Below are positions 24,079 to 37,299 of a DNA stretch of 64,000 nt, piece after piece. Positions within the stretch are counted from its first letter, which is position 1. Each line of letters starts with the position of its first letter. The stretch comes from Mobula hypostoma (Eukaryota), in assembly GCF_963921235.1 (NCBI RefSeq), contig NC_086097.1, positions 115,942,001 through 116,006,000 of the forward strand, read 5' to 3'. The notes beneath the pieces are model-generated. The model searched no databases and was not told where the DNA came from. It worked only from the letters and a program-made list of their open reading frames with translations. The position numbers and the translations under genes are program-made.

Positions 24079-25984
24079 ATCAAAATACTGATTTGCAAAA
24101 TACTAATTTATTGACTTAGCAAGCACAGAATTCTTCATTAGAGCCTCCAGATGAATATGAGCTTCAAGCCAAGGACTCTGGCAACAACTTTTAGAATAAC
24201 TCATGATTTGAGTAACAGAAGGCCTATCAGGCAATGCAGCCTGGTGGAGAAGGGAGGAAGTACTGTTCAGGGAATTTTGAAGTGACGTTCTATGGAGGCA
24301 GATCCTCTGAAGAACACTTCAGTATGCACTTAACTCAAGAGGACTCTTTCGCGTGAGTAAGCTTTGCTGAGGAAACAGTGTAAGATTCTGACATGTGACA
24401 AACACACAAAACCAGGCCAGACAAGACCAAAGTGCACAGGAATTTCTTCTTACAGAACCCTTTTCTATTGCTGCTCTGTTCCTGTACACAGTCTCCTAAT
24501 TGGCACTCCGCATTTCCATCCAACCTGGGTGGGTGGGTCAACCATTTAGTTCAGCTGCAGCTTCATAAAACTTGTTGTGAAGATTTTAAATTTCATTTTA
24601 CTTTCCATCTGCTCGGCACCATCTTTGTTCCTTTGTTCAAAGACCACGAAATTACATATTACCATCTGCTTTCCTTCCTACATTTATTTTATCTGGATGG
24701 AAGGGTAAAATTCAACTGGTCACCCTTGTGTCCTTCTCTTAGTGTCCTTGCCCGGGCTCCTGCAGAAGCTTTTGTAAGGTTTCTGAAATGGATTGGATGA
24801 AGCTGCAGATGTCCATGAGGATAACTATTGGTTATAATGCAGTCTCTTAAGCCTGAGCTGAACTACCAGCCAAACAGGAAAACACAATCTTGTGTTGGAA
24901 AGTTTGGGCTCTAGGTTTTAAACAACGGTGCTTTCCTCAGTGGCTTCCTTTCATCCAATACCACATCAGCTATAAATGTATTGTATTTACAATGTCTTTG
25001 GAAAACAAATTCATCGATTTTAATTTGCAATGCAAAAGCATCTTTGTATATATAAGCCACTGTTATTTTCCCATTCTCTATTCTGGTGAATTCTTGTGAA
25101 TGTTTCAGTTGCATATGTGGTTTTCAAGTACATTTGCAAATATGCAGCAGGGATTATTTCTTGCCCTGTGGAAAAATTCTTAAATAAAACAGTTTGACAG
25201 AGAAAACTGACAACAACACAAAACACAGCAGTAAAAACTAGACCTTAAAAGTAATTGGAAAAATGAACGTACATTGTGTTTTGTTAAGCTCTAAGGAGAT
25301 AGAATAGCATAATAGTCGTTAGCACATATACAGAAGAATAACCCAGCACAACAAAAGGCCCTTAAACCCATAAAGATTTACAGCATGAATTAAGCTAATA
25401 ACACACAATCCCTTTTGCCCACACATGTCAATATCTCTTCTGATTTTTCACATGTCTAAGAATCTCTTAAACTCCTTTGTCTTATCGTCTTCCAGACCAC
25501 CCCTGACAGCTCATTCCAGACACCCATTACTCTGTGTGTAACTATGTAAAACCTTCCTGATGTGTATTTAATATTTAAATAAGCTTGTTTAGATGTTGGT
25601 TGATTAAGCATTCTTGTTTCTTTGAATAATTATGGATTATAAGCAAAAATACATTATTTGCATACTGTCACCCAGTAGCATTCATATCTATTGTGATGAA
25701 GTGCTTTGAGAGATTGGTCATGACTGGAATCAACTCCTGCCTGAGCAACGACTTGGACCAACTGCAATAACAGATCTACATTAAGGACCATCATTAAGGA
25801 TCCTCACCATCTGGGATATGCCTTCTCCTCATTACTAGCATCAGGGAAGAGGTACAGGAACCTGAAGACCCATACTCAATATCCTAGCAACAGTTTCTTC
25901 CCCTTTGCTGTCAGATCTTGTGAATGGTCCATACACCCATGAACACTACCTTGCATTTTATCTTTTGCTCCATTTATCTATCTA

Positions 25985-26362
25985 TGAGCCCATAAGATCA
26001 TAAGATAGAGGAGCAGAATTAGGCCATTTGACTAATCAAGAATTTTATCAACCTCTGCCTTAAATATACCTAAAGACTTAGCCTCCACAGCTGCCTGTGT
26101 CAGCGAATTCCACATATTCACCACCCTCTGGCTAAAGAAGTTCCGTCTTATCTCCATTCTAAGTAGACATCCCTCTATTCTGAGTCTGTGTCCCCTGGTC
26201 TTAGACACCCCCAAAGGAAACCTCCTCTCCGCATCTACTCGACTGAGGCCTTTCAACATAATTTAGTTTTCTGTGAGTTCCCTTCTTATTCTTCTGAATA
26301 TCAGTGAGTACAGGCCCACTAAACGTTCCTCATCTGATGAGGCTTTCAAACCTGAAATCATT
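25985..26362 (-). mobile_element. CR1 3' fragment
   Basis: KTRGHRLRI..NFFSQRVVNMWNSL. Confidence 0.85.
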
Positions 26363-28301
26363 TCTATCTATTCATTTGTTTATATTTATTTGTTAATTTA
26401 TTTATTTACTATCTATAGTAATTTGCCTGCACTGTACTGCTGCCACAAAAAAAATCACTTACGCCAAGGACAGTCAACTTGGATTCTGATCCTGATCTGT
26501 ACAAGAACTTATCTGCACAGTTGCAATGAAGAACTTCCTTGCAGCAGCATCACAGAGACATAGTACCATAGAACCAGCATTTGCAAGAAAAACATAAACA
26601 TAGATTTTACACACTTTTTACAAGAACGTACGCAATTAGAACAAAATGAAACCAAGTCCATTTTAATACAAATTGATCAAAGTGGTCATGGTATTGTTAA
26701 ACTGATATGATTAGGGCCATGATAGTTGGATCAAGAACTGAATGTTAGGAGGCAAGTAGCTATTCTTGACCTTCCATGTGGCTTCCATACCTTCTGTCCA
26801 AGTGTCACTCTGAGAAGATGGCATGGCCCAGCTGGTGAGGTATCTTTGATGATGGATGCTGCCTTTTTGAGTTAGTTCCTCCTGAAGATACTACCAGAGG
26901 TGGGAAGGGATGTGCCCTTGGTGTACTTGGCAGAATTCACCACCCTCTGCAGCTTCTCAGTTTCTGCACTGTCCAAGACCTGATGTAACCAGTCAGTGTT
27001 TGACACGGTGGATTCTAGGAGAATGTTTCCTCTGCCTTTGGAGTTGGAACTGGGGTCACAGGTTTTACTAATGTACCATCAAGAAGAGACAAATTTCCTA
27101 CTGAAATATTTGCAGATTCATTGTCCAGGGTCCTAAGTTGAGCCACTGAACATGTTGTAACCAGATTAATATTTCTTTGATCATTGCAGTGATGGGAAAA
27201 TTGATGATAAATCATGGTCTTAAAGTGCAGAGACACAAGTTTGTTGAAACATAATTGCTTAGCTGCACTTAAAACCATAATATTTACAGAGAGGGTTCTT
27301 GTATAAACTAGCCAGGCACCGGTCCATGGTCATCAATAAACCCCAATCTCAGAAACTAAATAAAATGAGCAACCATTGTTATGAAGTCCTGCAGCAGCAA
27401 TCACTTTTCCACCCATGCACCTTCAACATTAAGATGTAAGCCTAATATTTATTGGTTCTGATCAAATCAATGAGATTTGAAATAATACAAATTTCAGTTA
27501 TGATAAATTACAGTTATCTCGTTAATTAGTATTTGTGTAAAATTTGCATAATATTCTTTTTTCAAAGAATGGCATCAAACTGAAATTTCTCCTAAAATAG
27601 TTGAGGCAAAAGCTGATATTACATAGAAAATACTCATTGGGTGAAGATGTGCCTTCATTGATGAGGCAGAAATTGAGATTGGTTCAGTTTTGCCACTATG
27701 AATGTGATGGGTTGAATCTCCTTCTGTACAATAAATTCTTCCAATTTTTGTACATTTTACAATGTTCTTGGAGCTACATAAATATAAGCTGCTGATCCTT
27801 TCTGTGTGGGGTGTCTGTTTCCTCGAAAACAGATACATCAAGTTAGCCCTCAATTCAAATGTGACATTACCAAAACTGACTCATGATTACAAAATCATCT
27901 ATCCAGAGAAAGGTGTTGAAGGATACTGAAAATAGAAATGGAGGCACACTGACTTCCTGAGGTTAGATGTTTCAGATGCTCTCTCTCAGTGTGCACTTGT
28001 CAAACTGCTACTTGGCGATACTGTTTGAGGAAGCAACAAATTCCATTGGTGTAACACATGATTATAAAATAATTCTTCGTTTTACTTTAATGCATGCTTG
28101 CTACAATGCCATTGTACTGGAGAGTTGATGTGTCAATTATTTTTCTAAAAGCCAACCAATTACAAAATAGTTCCTGAATTTTGTGACTGGGAAAAGCATC
28201 CTGTATTCAATTTCACATTCAATTAAAACTTCAACTTTAACAAATCAACTTTGCTCGAGCCCAGGACAAATAGTAGTTGATATGCAGCAGCTGAAGAGTG
28301 T

Positions 28302-28304
<3 letters not shown>

Positions 28305-28360
<56 letters not shown>

Positions 28361-28397
28361 GGAGAGAGAAAGTGAGTGAGAGAGGGAGAGAGAAAGA
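28305..28397 (+). repeat. (AG)n microsatellite
   Basis: About 24 pure AG units, then a degenerate purine-rich run. Confidence 0.97.
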
Positions 28398-28590
28398 GGG
28401 TGGATTGTCACAATATGGTTTTCAGATTCAGGAGTGGATAGTTGATCTCTGAACGGAGGAAAGAAGAGGACCTAACAGAGCAGCAATGAGAAAACCCTAA
28501 CAGGAGTCAGCTGCCAGCAATGAAAATTCAGTAAAAATAGAGCAATGCCAAAACAGTTCATGAAGTTATGAGATTTGTGAAGGTGATCTC

Positions 28591-30586
28591 TGAACCCTGC
28601 AGAATTTTCTCTATTTCTGCATAAATATGACCTAAAATGTGATCAGATCTTCATGCAAGTCCTAAAGCTAGATAAAGAGAACCCAATTAAATAAACAACA
28701 CAAAAACATAATACTTGTTAATTTACTTATTGAGAAAAATTACCTAATATTACAGGTATTTGTTGGAAAAAAGTATGTGAACCTTTGCTATTAGTAACTG
28801 ATGCGACCACCTTGTACAGCAATAACTTCAACCAATCATTTCCGGTGACTGTTGATCAGTCCTGCACGTTGGCTTGGAGGAATTTTAGGCCATTCCTCCT
28901 TACAAAACTGGGATGTTGGTGGGCTTCTTTGCATGAGCTGCTTGCTTCAGGTCCTTCTACAACATTTCTATGAGAATAAGGACAGGACTTTGACTTGGGC
29001 ATTCCAAAAAACATTTTTTTTTCTTTTTAAACCATTCTGTTTTTGATTTACTCTTGTCTTTTGGATCATTGTCTTGTTGCATTATGAAACTTCTATTAAG
29101 CTTCAGGTGATGGACAGCTACCTTGACGTTCTCCGGTAAAATGCAATGTCTTGATACAATTTTGAATTCATTGCTCCCTCAATGATTGCAAGCTGTCCAG
29201 GCCCTGGGCAGCAAAGCAACCCCAAACCATGATGCTACTTCCACCATTCTTCAGTGTTGGGATGAGGTTTCGATGTTGCTGTGCAGTGCCCTATTTCCTC
29301 CAGACGTAGCAATGTGGATTTCTGCTAAGAAGTTCAACTTCTGTTTCGTCTGACCACAGAACATTGTCCCAGCAATGTTATGGAACATCCAGATCTTTTG
29401 CAAACTTGAGAAATGCAGCAATGTTTTTTTTTGGAGAGTAGTGATTTCCTCCATGGTGCCTTCCATTCTTGTTTGGTGTTTTTCTTATAGTGGGCACAAG
29501 TCACTAAATAAGGTTGAAAGAGTGCAGAGAAGATTTACAAGGATGTTGCCAGGACTTGAGAAACTCAGTTACAGAGAAAGGTTAAATAGGTCAGGACTTT
29601 ATACCCTGGACCGTAGAAGAATGAGGGGAGAGTTGATAGAGGTATATAAAATTATGATGGGTATATATAGAGTGAATGCAAGTAGGCATTTTCCCATGAG
29701 GCTAGGGGAGAAAAAAACCAGAGGACATGGGTTAAGGGTGAAGGGGGAAAAGTTTAAAGGGAACATGGGGAGGGGGCTTCTTCACACAGAGAGTGGTGGG
29801 AGTGTGGAATGAGCTGCCAGATGAAGTGGTAAATGCGGGCTCACTTTTAACATATAAGAAAAAGTTGGACAGGTACATGGATGAGAGGTGTATGGAAGGA
29901 TATGGTCCAGGTGCAGGTCAGTGGAACTAGGCTGAAAAATGGTTCGGCACAGCCAAGAAGGGCCAAAAGGCCCATTTCTGTTCTGTAATGTTCTATGGTT
30001 TTATGGTTCTATGAACAGAGACTTTAGCAAGTTCCAGAGATTTCTGCAGGTCTTTTGCTGTTACCCTTGGCTTCTTTTTGACCTCCTTCAGCATTGCACA
30101 GTGTGTTCTTTGTGTTACCTTTGCAGGATACCCATTCCTAGAGAGAGTAGCAACTATATTGAATATCCTCCATTTGTAGACAATTTCTCTTACTGTGGAC
30201 ACTCAGGTCTTTAGAAATGCTTCTGTAACCTTTTCCAGCTTCCTACATCCCTACAATTATTCTTCCAAGGTCCGCAAAAAGTTGTTTTGATTGAGGCATT
30301 GTGAACGTAAGGCAAGTCTGCAACTCACTCCTCCAATCTCATCTCATTGAACGCAACACCGGTCTTCAAATCACTTTTGTAGAAGGTACCAGCCCAGAGG
30401 TTCACATACTTTTTGCAACAAATACATTGGGTAATTTTTCTCAATAAATAAATGAACAATATTTTGGTGCTATTTATTTAATTGGATTCTCATTATCTAG
30501 TTTTAGGACTTACGTGAAGATCTGATCACATTTTATGCAGAAATAGAGAAAATTCTACAGGGCTCACAGACTTTCTAGCACCACTG
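28591..30586 (-). mobile_element. Tc1-like transposon relic (long TIRs), left tip missing, CR1 inserted
   Basis: Right end ctttctagcaccactg|ta; ~200-bp inverted ends; minus-strand STVREIVYKWRIF..LSRNGYPAKVT..EVKKKPRVTAKDLQKSL. Confidence 0.9.
29499..30011 (+). mobile_element. CR1 3' fragment nested in Tc1
   Basis: ERVQRRFTRMLPGLEKLSYRERL; (ttctatgg)n tail. Confidence 0.92.
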
Positions 30587-30659
30587 TATATATTCTAGAC
30601 CATTCTCTAAGAATGTGAAGAGATGATGATGATAAAGTTCCTCAGTTCATTTTATCTAC

Positions 30660-31230
30660 TTGCTTAAGGGTGTATAGGGTGTCCAGCACCTCTAGTGAAG
30701 GGGTTTGAGTTCATCTCGGGCAGCTCACTCACCTTTGTTCCTCACCAGACACTCAGCTCTCACCTTTGGCTCCAAGTGGCTGTTTGCAGTGACAGTGGTT
30801 ACACTCCAGTGCACTGCTTTGACAGGTGGGCTAAACCAGTTGAGAATAGTCAGTGGTCTCTTACCCCATTGAGATAGGGACGTGCCTGTCCTGGCACGCA
30901 AAGTCAGCTCCAGCAGACTGGGCAGGTGAGCTACATTGACACCTAATAGCCAGGAATGTGGCTCTATGGAGAGTGAAGGGCTTGAAGAGTGATAGAAGAA
31001 CTCACAGTCATCCACTGCAACCTAGGAGGATCCTATTTGTGACACTTGTTCATACCACTGGACCCAGACTTCCAAGGTCAAGATGGTGGAACAGCCCTTG
31101 GTGCAAAGGCTTTTTTGCTTTCAAAACTGTCCAGCACAGGTTTCCTGTCATCATTGGACATGATGGACAACCAACACCACTTGTTTCGGAAAAGATAGCA
31201 ATGACTAGGAAATGGAAGCATCCCTAATGA
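30660..31230. mobile_element. Probable RTE-related non-autonomous repeat
   Basis: Resembles RTE 5'-UTR-type sequence (cagtcatccactgcaac, ccactggacccagacttcc); recognised by eye only. Confidence 0.3.
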
Positions 31231-32557
31231 GTATAATGACTGCACAGAGACAGAGACCACACTTCTGATGGACACCAAGCGCCAGACCAAACAAGAGCAA
31301 ACAAGAAGCACAACCTGCCTGATATTCTGAATGAAAATATTTCCTTTGGATCACTACAACCCTCAACAGGCAACATCCAATTTTCTATCTCCTATATCAC
31401 ATTACCGTAAAATGTAAACAATGTCACTTTTATCATTGTGAAGTATCACATGAGAACACGTCTTTCGTCATCATCCAGGAATGGAGTGCAGAGAGGGAGT
31501 CAAAGTCAAGTCAAAGTAAAATTATTACGAAGTTCGTATATGTCACCACATATTATCTTAAGATTCATTTTCTTGCAGGAAAATAAATGCAATAGAATGT
31601 TTGAAAATCTGTGCAAACAACCAAATACAAAAAAAGAATTGTGCAAATAGTAGTCAAAAATAAGAACACGAGCTCTATAGCTCTGTAAAGTAAGCCCATA
31701 GGTGATGGATTCAATTCAGATTTGATTTGAGTGAAGTGATCCACGCTGAATTTGCAGGATACTGTTACTCTCTACTGTGCATCTAGAGAAGCTTGCAAAA
31801 GTTTTAGATTTCATGCCAAATCACATCTGGAGATGGTAATGATGAACCGAGAGGTCCCTTTTACATCACAATCTACCTTGTCATGCTCTTCACCGGATTT
31901 GCCAGCTCTGTAAATGCAGCAGCTCTGTAGCTGCTACACTTTGTTCTGGATTCTGTTATCTCTTTGCCTTATACTACCTCAATTTGCTGATATGATGAAA
32001 TGTGTTTCTCCCTGTATCTCAATACATGTGTCAAAAATAAACCGATTTAAATTTATCACTTCAGTGGCTACACAATGGGTGAATTAGGTTGACAGGGTGC
32101 ATGTCAGAGGGCAAGCTGCAGTGTGGCACCAGGTGTAGAGTGCACCCCCAGGTGTGGGGTAGAGAAACAGAGGCTGGGTAGAGACAACACTTCTGTAACG
32201 TACCTGGGGGTTTGGATAGGGATTGTAATTTGGGCTCTGTCAACACATGACTGATGCGCATATAGTCCCAAGTTCATGTGTGGGGTTTCAGGCCTGCCTG
32301 ATTGAGGCAGAAGATAACAAGGAGCATTGAAATCCATCTTCTGCTTCTCCGAGCAGATTGTCAATACCAATTGTCAGAAGGTACAGGAGCCTTAGGTCTT
32401 ACAACACCAGTTACAGGGACTGTTATTACACTACAACCATCAGGTTCCTGAACCAACATGGATCACCTCAGTGCTAAACAGAATCAAAATTAATATCAAC
32501 ATACATCAAAGTTGCTGGTGAACGCAGCAGGCCAAGCAGCATCTATAGGAAGAGGCG

Positions 32558-32599
32558 CAGTCGACGTTTCAGGCCGAGACCCTTCGTCAGGACTAACTG
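32558..32599 (-). ncRNA. Minimal hammerhead ribozyme motif in the Penelope 3' pLTR
   Basis: Reverse complement is cagttagtcCTGACGAagggtctcggcctGAAAcgtcgactg, identical to 5529-5570. Confidence 0.8.
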
Positions 32600-32888
32600 A
32601 AGGAAGAGTGAGTAAGGGATTTGAAAGCTGGAGGGGGAGGGGGAGATGCAAAATGGTAGGAGAAGACAGGAGGGGGAGGGATAGAGCCGAGAGCTGGACA
32701 GGTGATAGGCAAAAGGGGATACGAGAGGATCATGGGACAGGAGGCCTAGGGAGAAAGACGGGGGGGGGGGTGACCCAGAGGATGGGCAAGAGGTATATTC
32801 AGAGGGACAGAGGGAGAAAAAGGAGAGTGAGAGAAAGAATGTGTGCATAAAAATGAGTAACAGCTGGGGTACGAGGGGGAGGTGGGGC

Positions 32889-35811
32889 CTAGCGGAAGTT
32901 AGAGAAGTCAATGTTCATGCCATCAGGTTGGAGGCTACCCAGACGGAATATAAGGTGTTGTTCCTCCAACCTGAGTGTGGCTTCATCTTTACAGTAGAGG
33001 AGGCCGTGGATAGACATGTCAGAATGGGAATGGGATGTGGAATTAAAATGTGTGGCCACTGGAAGATCCTGCTTTCTCTGGCGGACAGAGTGTAGATGTT
33101 CAGCAAAGCGGTCTCCCAGTCTGCGTCGGGTCTCACCAATATATAAAAGGCCACATCGGGAGCACCGGACGCAGTATATCACCCCAGTCGACTCACAGGT
33201 GAAGTGATGCCTCACCTGGAAGGACTGTTTGGGGCCCTGAATGGTGGTAAGGGAGGAAGTGTAAGGGCATGTGTAGCACTTGTTCCGCTTACACGGATAA
33301 GTGCCAGGAGGGAGATCAGTGGGGAGGGATGGGGGGGACGAATGGACAAGGGAGTTGTGTAGGGAGCGATCCCTGCGGAATGCAGAGAGAGGGGGGGAGG
33401 GAAAGATGTGCTTAGTGGTGGGATCCCGTTGGAGGTGGCGGAAGTTACGGAGAATAATATGTTGGACCCGGAGGCTGGTGGGGTGGTAGGTGAGGACCAG
33501 GGGAACCCTATTCCTAGTGGGGTGGTGGGAGGATGGAGTGAGAGCAGATGTACGTGAAATGGAGGAGATGCGTTTAAGAGCAGAGTTGATAGTGGAGGAA
33601 GGGAAGCCCCTTTCTTTAAAAAATGAAGACATCTCCCTCGTCCTAGAATGAAAAGCCTCATCCTGAGAGCGGATGCGGCGGAGACGGAGGAATTGCGAGA
33701 AGGGGATGGCGTTTTTGCAAGAGACAGGGTGAGAAGAGGAATAGTCCAGATAGCTGTGAGAGTCAGTAGGCTTATAGTAGATATCAGTGGATAAGCTGTC
33801 TCCAGAGACAGAGACAGAAAGATCTAGAAAGGGGAGGGAGGTGTCGGAAATAGACTAAGTAAACTTGAGGGCAGGGTGAAAGTTGGAGGCAAAGTTAATA
33901 AAGTCAACGAGTTCTGCATGCGTGCAGGAAGCAGCGCCAATGCAGTCGTCGATATAGCGAAGGAAAAGTGGGGGACAGATACCAGAATAGGCACGGAACA
34001 TAGATTGTTCCACAAACCCAACAATAAGGCAGGCATAGCTAGGACCCATACGGGTGCCCATAGCTACACCTTTAGTTTGGAGGAAATGGGAGGAGCAAAA
34101 GGAGAAATTATTAAGAGTAAGGACTAATTCCGCTAGACGGAGCAGAGTGGTGGTAGAGGGGAACTGATTAGGTCTGGAATCCAAAAAGAAGCGTAGAGCT
34201 TTGAGACCTTCCTGATGGGGGATGGAAGTATATAAGGACTGGACATCCATGGTGAAAATAAAGCGGTGGGGGCCAGGGAACTTAAAATCATCGAAAAGTT
34301 TAAGAGCGTGAGAAGTGTCATGAACATAGGTCGGAAGGGATTGAACAAGGGGTGATAAAACAGTGTCGAGGTATGCAGAAACGAGTTCGGTGGGGCAGGA
34401 GCAAGCTGAGACAATAGGTCGGCCAGGACAGGCAGGTTTGTGGATCTTGGGTAGGAGGTAGAAACGGGAAGTGCGGGGTGTCGGAACTATAAGGTTGGTA
34501 GCAGTGGATGGGAGATCCCCTGAGCGGATAAAGTCGTTGATAGTGTGGGAGACAATGGCCTGGTGCTCCTTAGTGGGGTCACGATCGAGGGGTAAATAAG
34601 AGGAGGTATCCGCGAGTTGTCGCTGTGCCTCGGCAAGGTAGAGGTCAGTACGCCAGACTACAACAGCACCCCCTTTATCAGCGGGTTTAATAATAAGGTT
34701 AGGATTAGTGCGGAGGGAGTGGGGAGCAGAGCGTTCCGAAGGAGTGAGGTTGGAATGGGGACAAGGTGCGGTAAAGTCGAGACGGTTGATGTCCCGTCGG
34801 CAGTTGGCAATAAAGAGATCCAGAGCAGGCAGAAGACCAGAGCGGGGTGTCCATGAAGAAGAGGAGGGTTGAAGACGGGAGAAGGGGTCATCGGTGGGGG
34901 TGGAAGAGTCCTTGCCAAAGAAGTAGGCTCGGAGACGGAGACGGCGGAAGAAAAGTTCCGCATCGTGGCGAACACGGAACTCGCTGAGTTGTGGGCGAAG
35001 GGGGACAAACGTGAGGCCCTTACTGAGAACAGAGCGCTCTGCCTCCGACAGTTGAAGGTCGGAGGGGATGATAAAGACCCGGCACGGATGAGAGCTGGGA
35101 TCAGAGGGGGGAGGGGGGAGGCTGGGGGTGTCAGTGGAGAGGGGAGGGTTGGGGTGAGAGGAAGATGGAGCCTCTGAGGGCCCAGGAGTTGACGGTGGGA
35201 TCTGAGGAAGACGGGGCTGCGGAGTGGTGGTTGGGGAAGGGGAGACGGGAGTCACAACAGCAGCACATAAAGACCCGGCCTGGAGTTCAAGGCTGGAGTC
35301 GCAGTTGGTGGTTGCGTAATCGCTGTGAATGTGTCCATGGTCGTTGCTGTAGTCCGGGTTTTGAATATGCCCTGAGGTGTTGGAGCCGGTGAGATCAATG
35401 GCAGTGGCCGCAATCTGAAGTTCATGCCTGCTAGCGTCGGGGCCGGCAGGCTCTGGAGTCCGTAGATGTAAGATCTTACGATCTTTGCCTAACATGACAA
35501 AGTCAAAAAAACGGCGATTGCAGGCGTGGATCCGACGGAGGATGAAATAGCGGGTAGGACCATTACAGACGGCGAAGAAAGTGTCCCGAAGGTGTGGAAG
35601 GGTCTGGGATAGGGACACCAAGTACCTCCTCATGGCGGAGAGCATCGCCTTCAGAGCTTGACGGGAGAAGAGGCGAGAGGCAGAGTCAATAAAATGTGAG
35701 TACCTGGGATCCTCAGAAGGTCCAAATTGAGAGGCTTGGAAACGAATCCTAAAGCCAACTGGAGTAAGTTGGCGACGGAGGCTCGTTCCAAGAAAGGATA
35801 CATGGCTGTGA
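32889..35811 (-). pseudogene. Penelope-like RT/GIY-YIG polyprotein, ~970 codons in one frame with one nonsense codon (TAG at 33855-33857) and no native start
   Basis: KPADKGG, FYLLPKIHK, GRPIVS, MDVQSLYT, GVAMGTRMGPSYA, RYIDD; FT*SISDTSLPFLD continues in frame into CKRNKCYTC and VIYCVRCSRCGLLYIGET..RFAEH..GMN. Confidence 0.93.
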
Positions 35812-35819
35812 TAATATCT

Positions 35820-36905
35820 TTGGCACATGTTACGAAATTTGTTAACTATATGGCAGCAGTACAATGAAATACATGATAAATAAACATAGAGAAAAAAGCT
35901 GAGTTTCATCAAGTATATCTATGTCTATTAAATAGTTAAGTTAAAGTAACAGAAATAAAAATGTAGTGAGGTAGTGTTCATGGATTCCATGTCTATTTAG
36001 AAATTGGATGGCAGAGGGGAAGAAGCTGTTTCTGAATTGCTGAGTTTGCTCCTTCAGGCTTCTGTACCACTTTTCCGACAGTAGCAGTATGAAGAGAGCA
36101 TGTCCTTCCTGAAAGATGTATGCCATCTTTCTAAGGTACAGCTCCTTGAAGATGTCCTGGATACTATGGAAGCTGCTATCCATGATAGAGCTGACTAATT
36201 TTACAAGTTTCTGCAACTTATTTTGATCTTGTGCAGTAGCTGCCCCATTCCAGATGGTGATGCACCCAGTCAGAATGCTCTTTACAGTACATTTGTTGAA
36301 ATTTTCGAGTGATTTAGTTGACAAACCATATCTCCTCAACCTTCTAATGAAATATAGCTGCTGTCTTGCCTTCTTTATGGCTGCATCAATATGTTGGGTC
36401 CAGGTAGGATCCCCAATGATCTTGACACCCAGGAACTTGAATTGCTCACTCTCTCCACTTCTGATCCCTCCATGAAGATTGGTTTGTGTTCCTTCATCTT
36501 ACTGTTCCTGAAGTTCACAATCAGCTCTTTGGTCTTGCTGATGTTGTTGTTGTACCACCACTCAAATTAACTGGTATATCTCTGTCCTGTACACCATCTC
36601 ATCTCCATCTGAGACTCTGCCAACAATGGTTGTATCATCAGCAAATTTATAGATGATATTTGAGCTATGCCTAGTCATACAGACATAGGTGTACAGACAG
36701 TAGAGCAGTGGGCTAAGCACATATCTCTTTGGCATGCCAGTGTTGATTGTCAGTGAGGTGGAGGTGTTATTTCCAATCTGCACAGATTGTGGTCTTCGAG
36801 TCAGGAAGTCAAGGATCCAGTCACAGAGGGAGGTACAGATGCCAACAAAGGCCTAGGTTCTGTAGCTTTTTGATCAGGACTGTAGGAATAATGGTGTTAA
36901 ATGCA
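35820..36905 (-). mobile_element. Rex1/Babar-like LINE fragment (RT C-terminus and tail)
   Basis: TGMPKRYVLSPLLYCLYT..KFADDTTIVG; SILTGCITIWNG..NSFFPSAI. Confidence 0.85.
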
Positions 36906-37290
36906 GAATTCAGAAGAATAAGGAGTGACCTCATTGAAACTTATCAAAAGGTGAACGGTCCTGATAGAGTGGATGTGGAGTATATGTTTCCCACGGTGGG
37001 AGAGTCTAATACCAGAGGACACAGCCTCAGAATAGTGGGCTGTCCTTTTAGAACATAGATGAAGAGGAATTTCTTTAGCCAAAGTGATGAGTTGGTGATT
37101 TTTTTTTGCCAGAGGCAGTGGTGGAGGCCAAGTCTTTATGTATATTTAAGGTAGAGGCTGCTAGATTCTCGATTGGTTAGGGTATGAAGGGACACAAAGG
37201 GAAGCAGGAGGTTGGGTCAGAAAGGAAAATTGGATCATCCATGATGAAATGATGGAACAGACTCGATGGGCCAAATGGCTTAGTTCTGCT
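36906..37290 (+). mobile_element. CR1 3' fragment
   Basis: EFRRIRSDLIETY..SNTRGHSLRI. Confidence 0.82.
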
Positions 37291-37299
37291 ACGATGTCG

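Larger units (their letters stand above)
32498..35811 (-). mobile_element. Penelope-like retroelement (Neptune-like linker), 5'-truncated, young
   Basis: RT + GIY-YIG ORF, pyrimidine-rich 3' UTR, hammerhead motif; flanked by direct repeat taatatc (32491-32497, 35812-35818) inside a Rex1 tail. Confidence 0.95.

Noticed and set aside
27015..27853. Short ORFs in AT-rich unique DNA
   Set aside because: No recognisable domain or convincing splice signals; lengths are compatible with chance.
28183..28452. ER-repeat protein ORF
   Set aside because: Translation of an (AG)n microsatellite.
33855..33857. Programmed readthrough or selenocysteine recoding in the Penelope ORF
   Set aside because: The stop is TAG at a position best explained by a single TGG>TAG mutation; no evidence of recoding.
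35812..35912. N-terminal hydrophobic leader MMKLSFFLYVYL of the 685-aa ORF as a signal peptide
   Set aside because: It comes from the flanking Rex1 tail beyond the taatatc junction, so it is a chance in-frame fusion.
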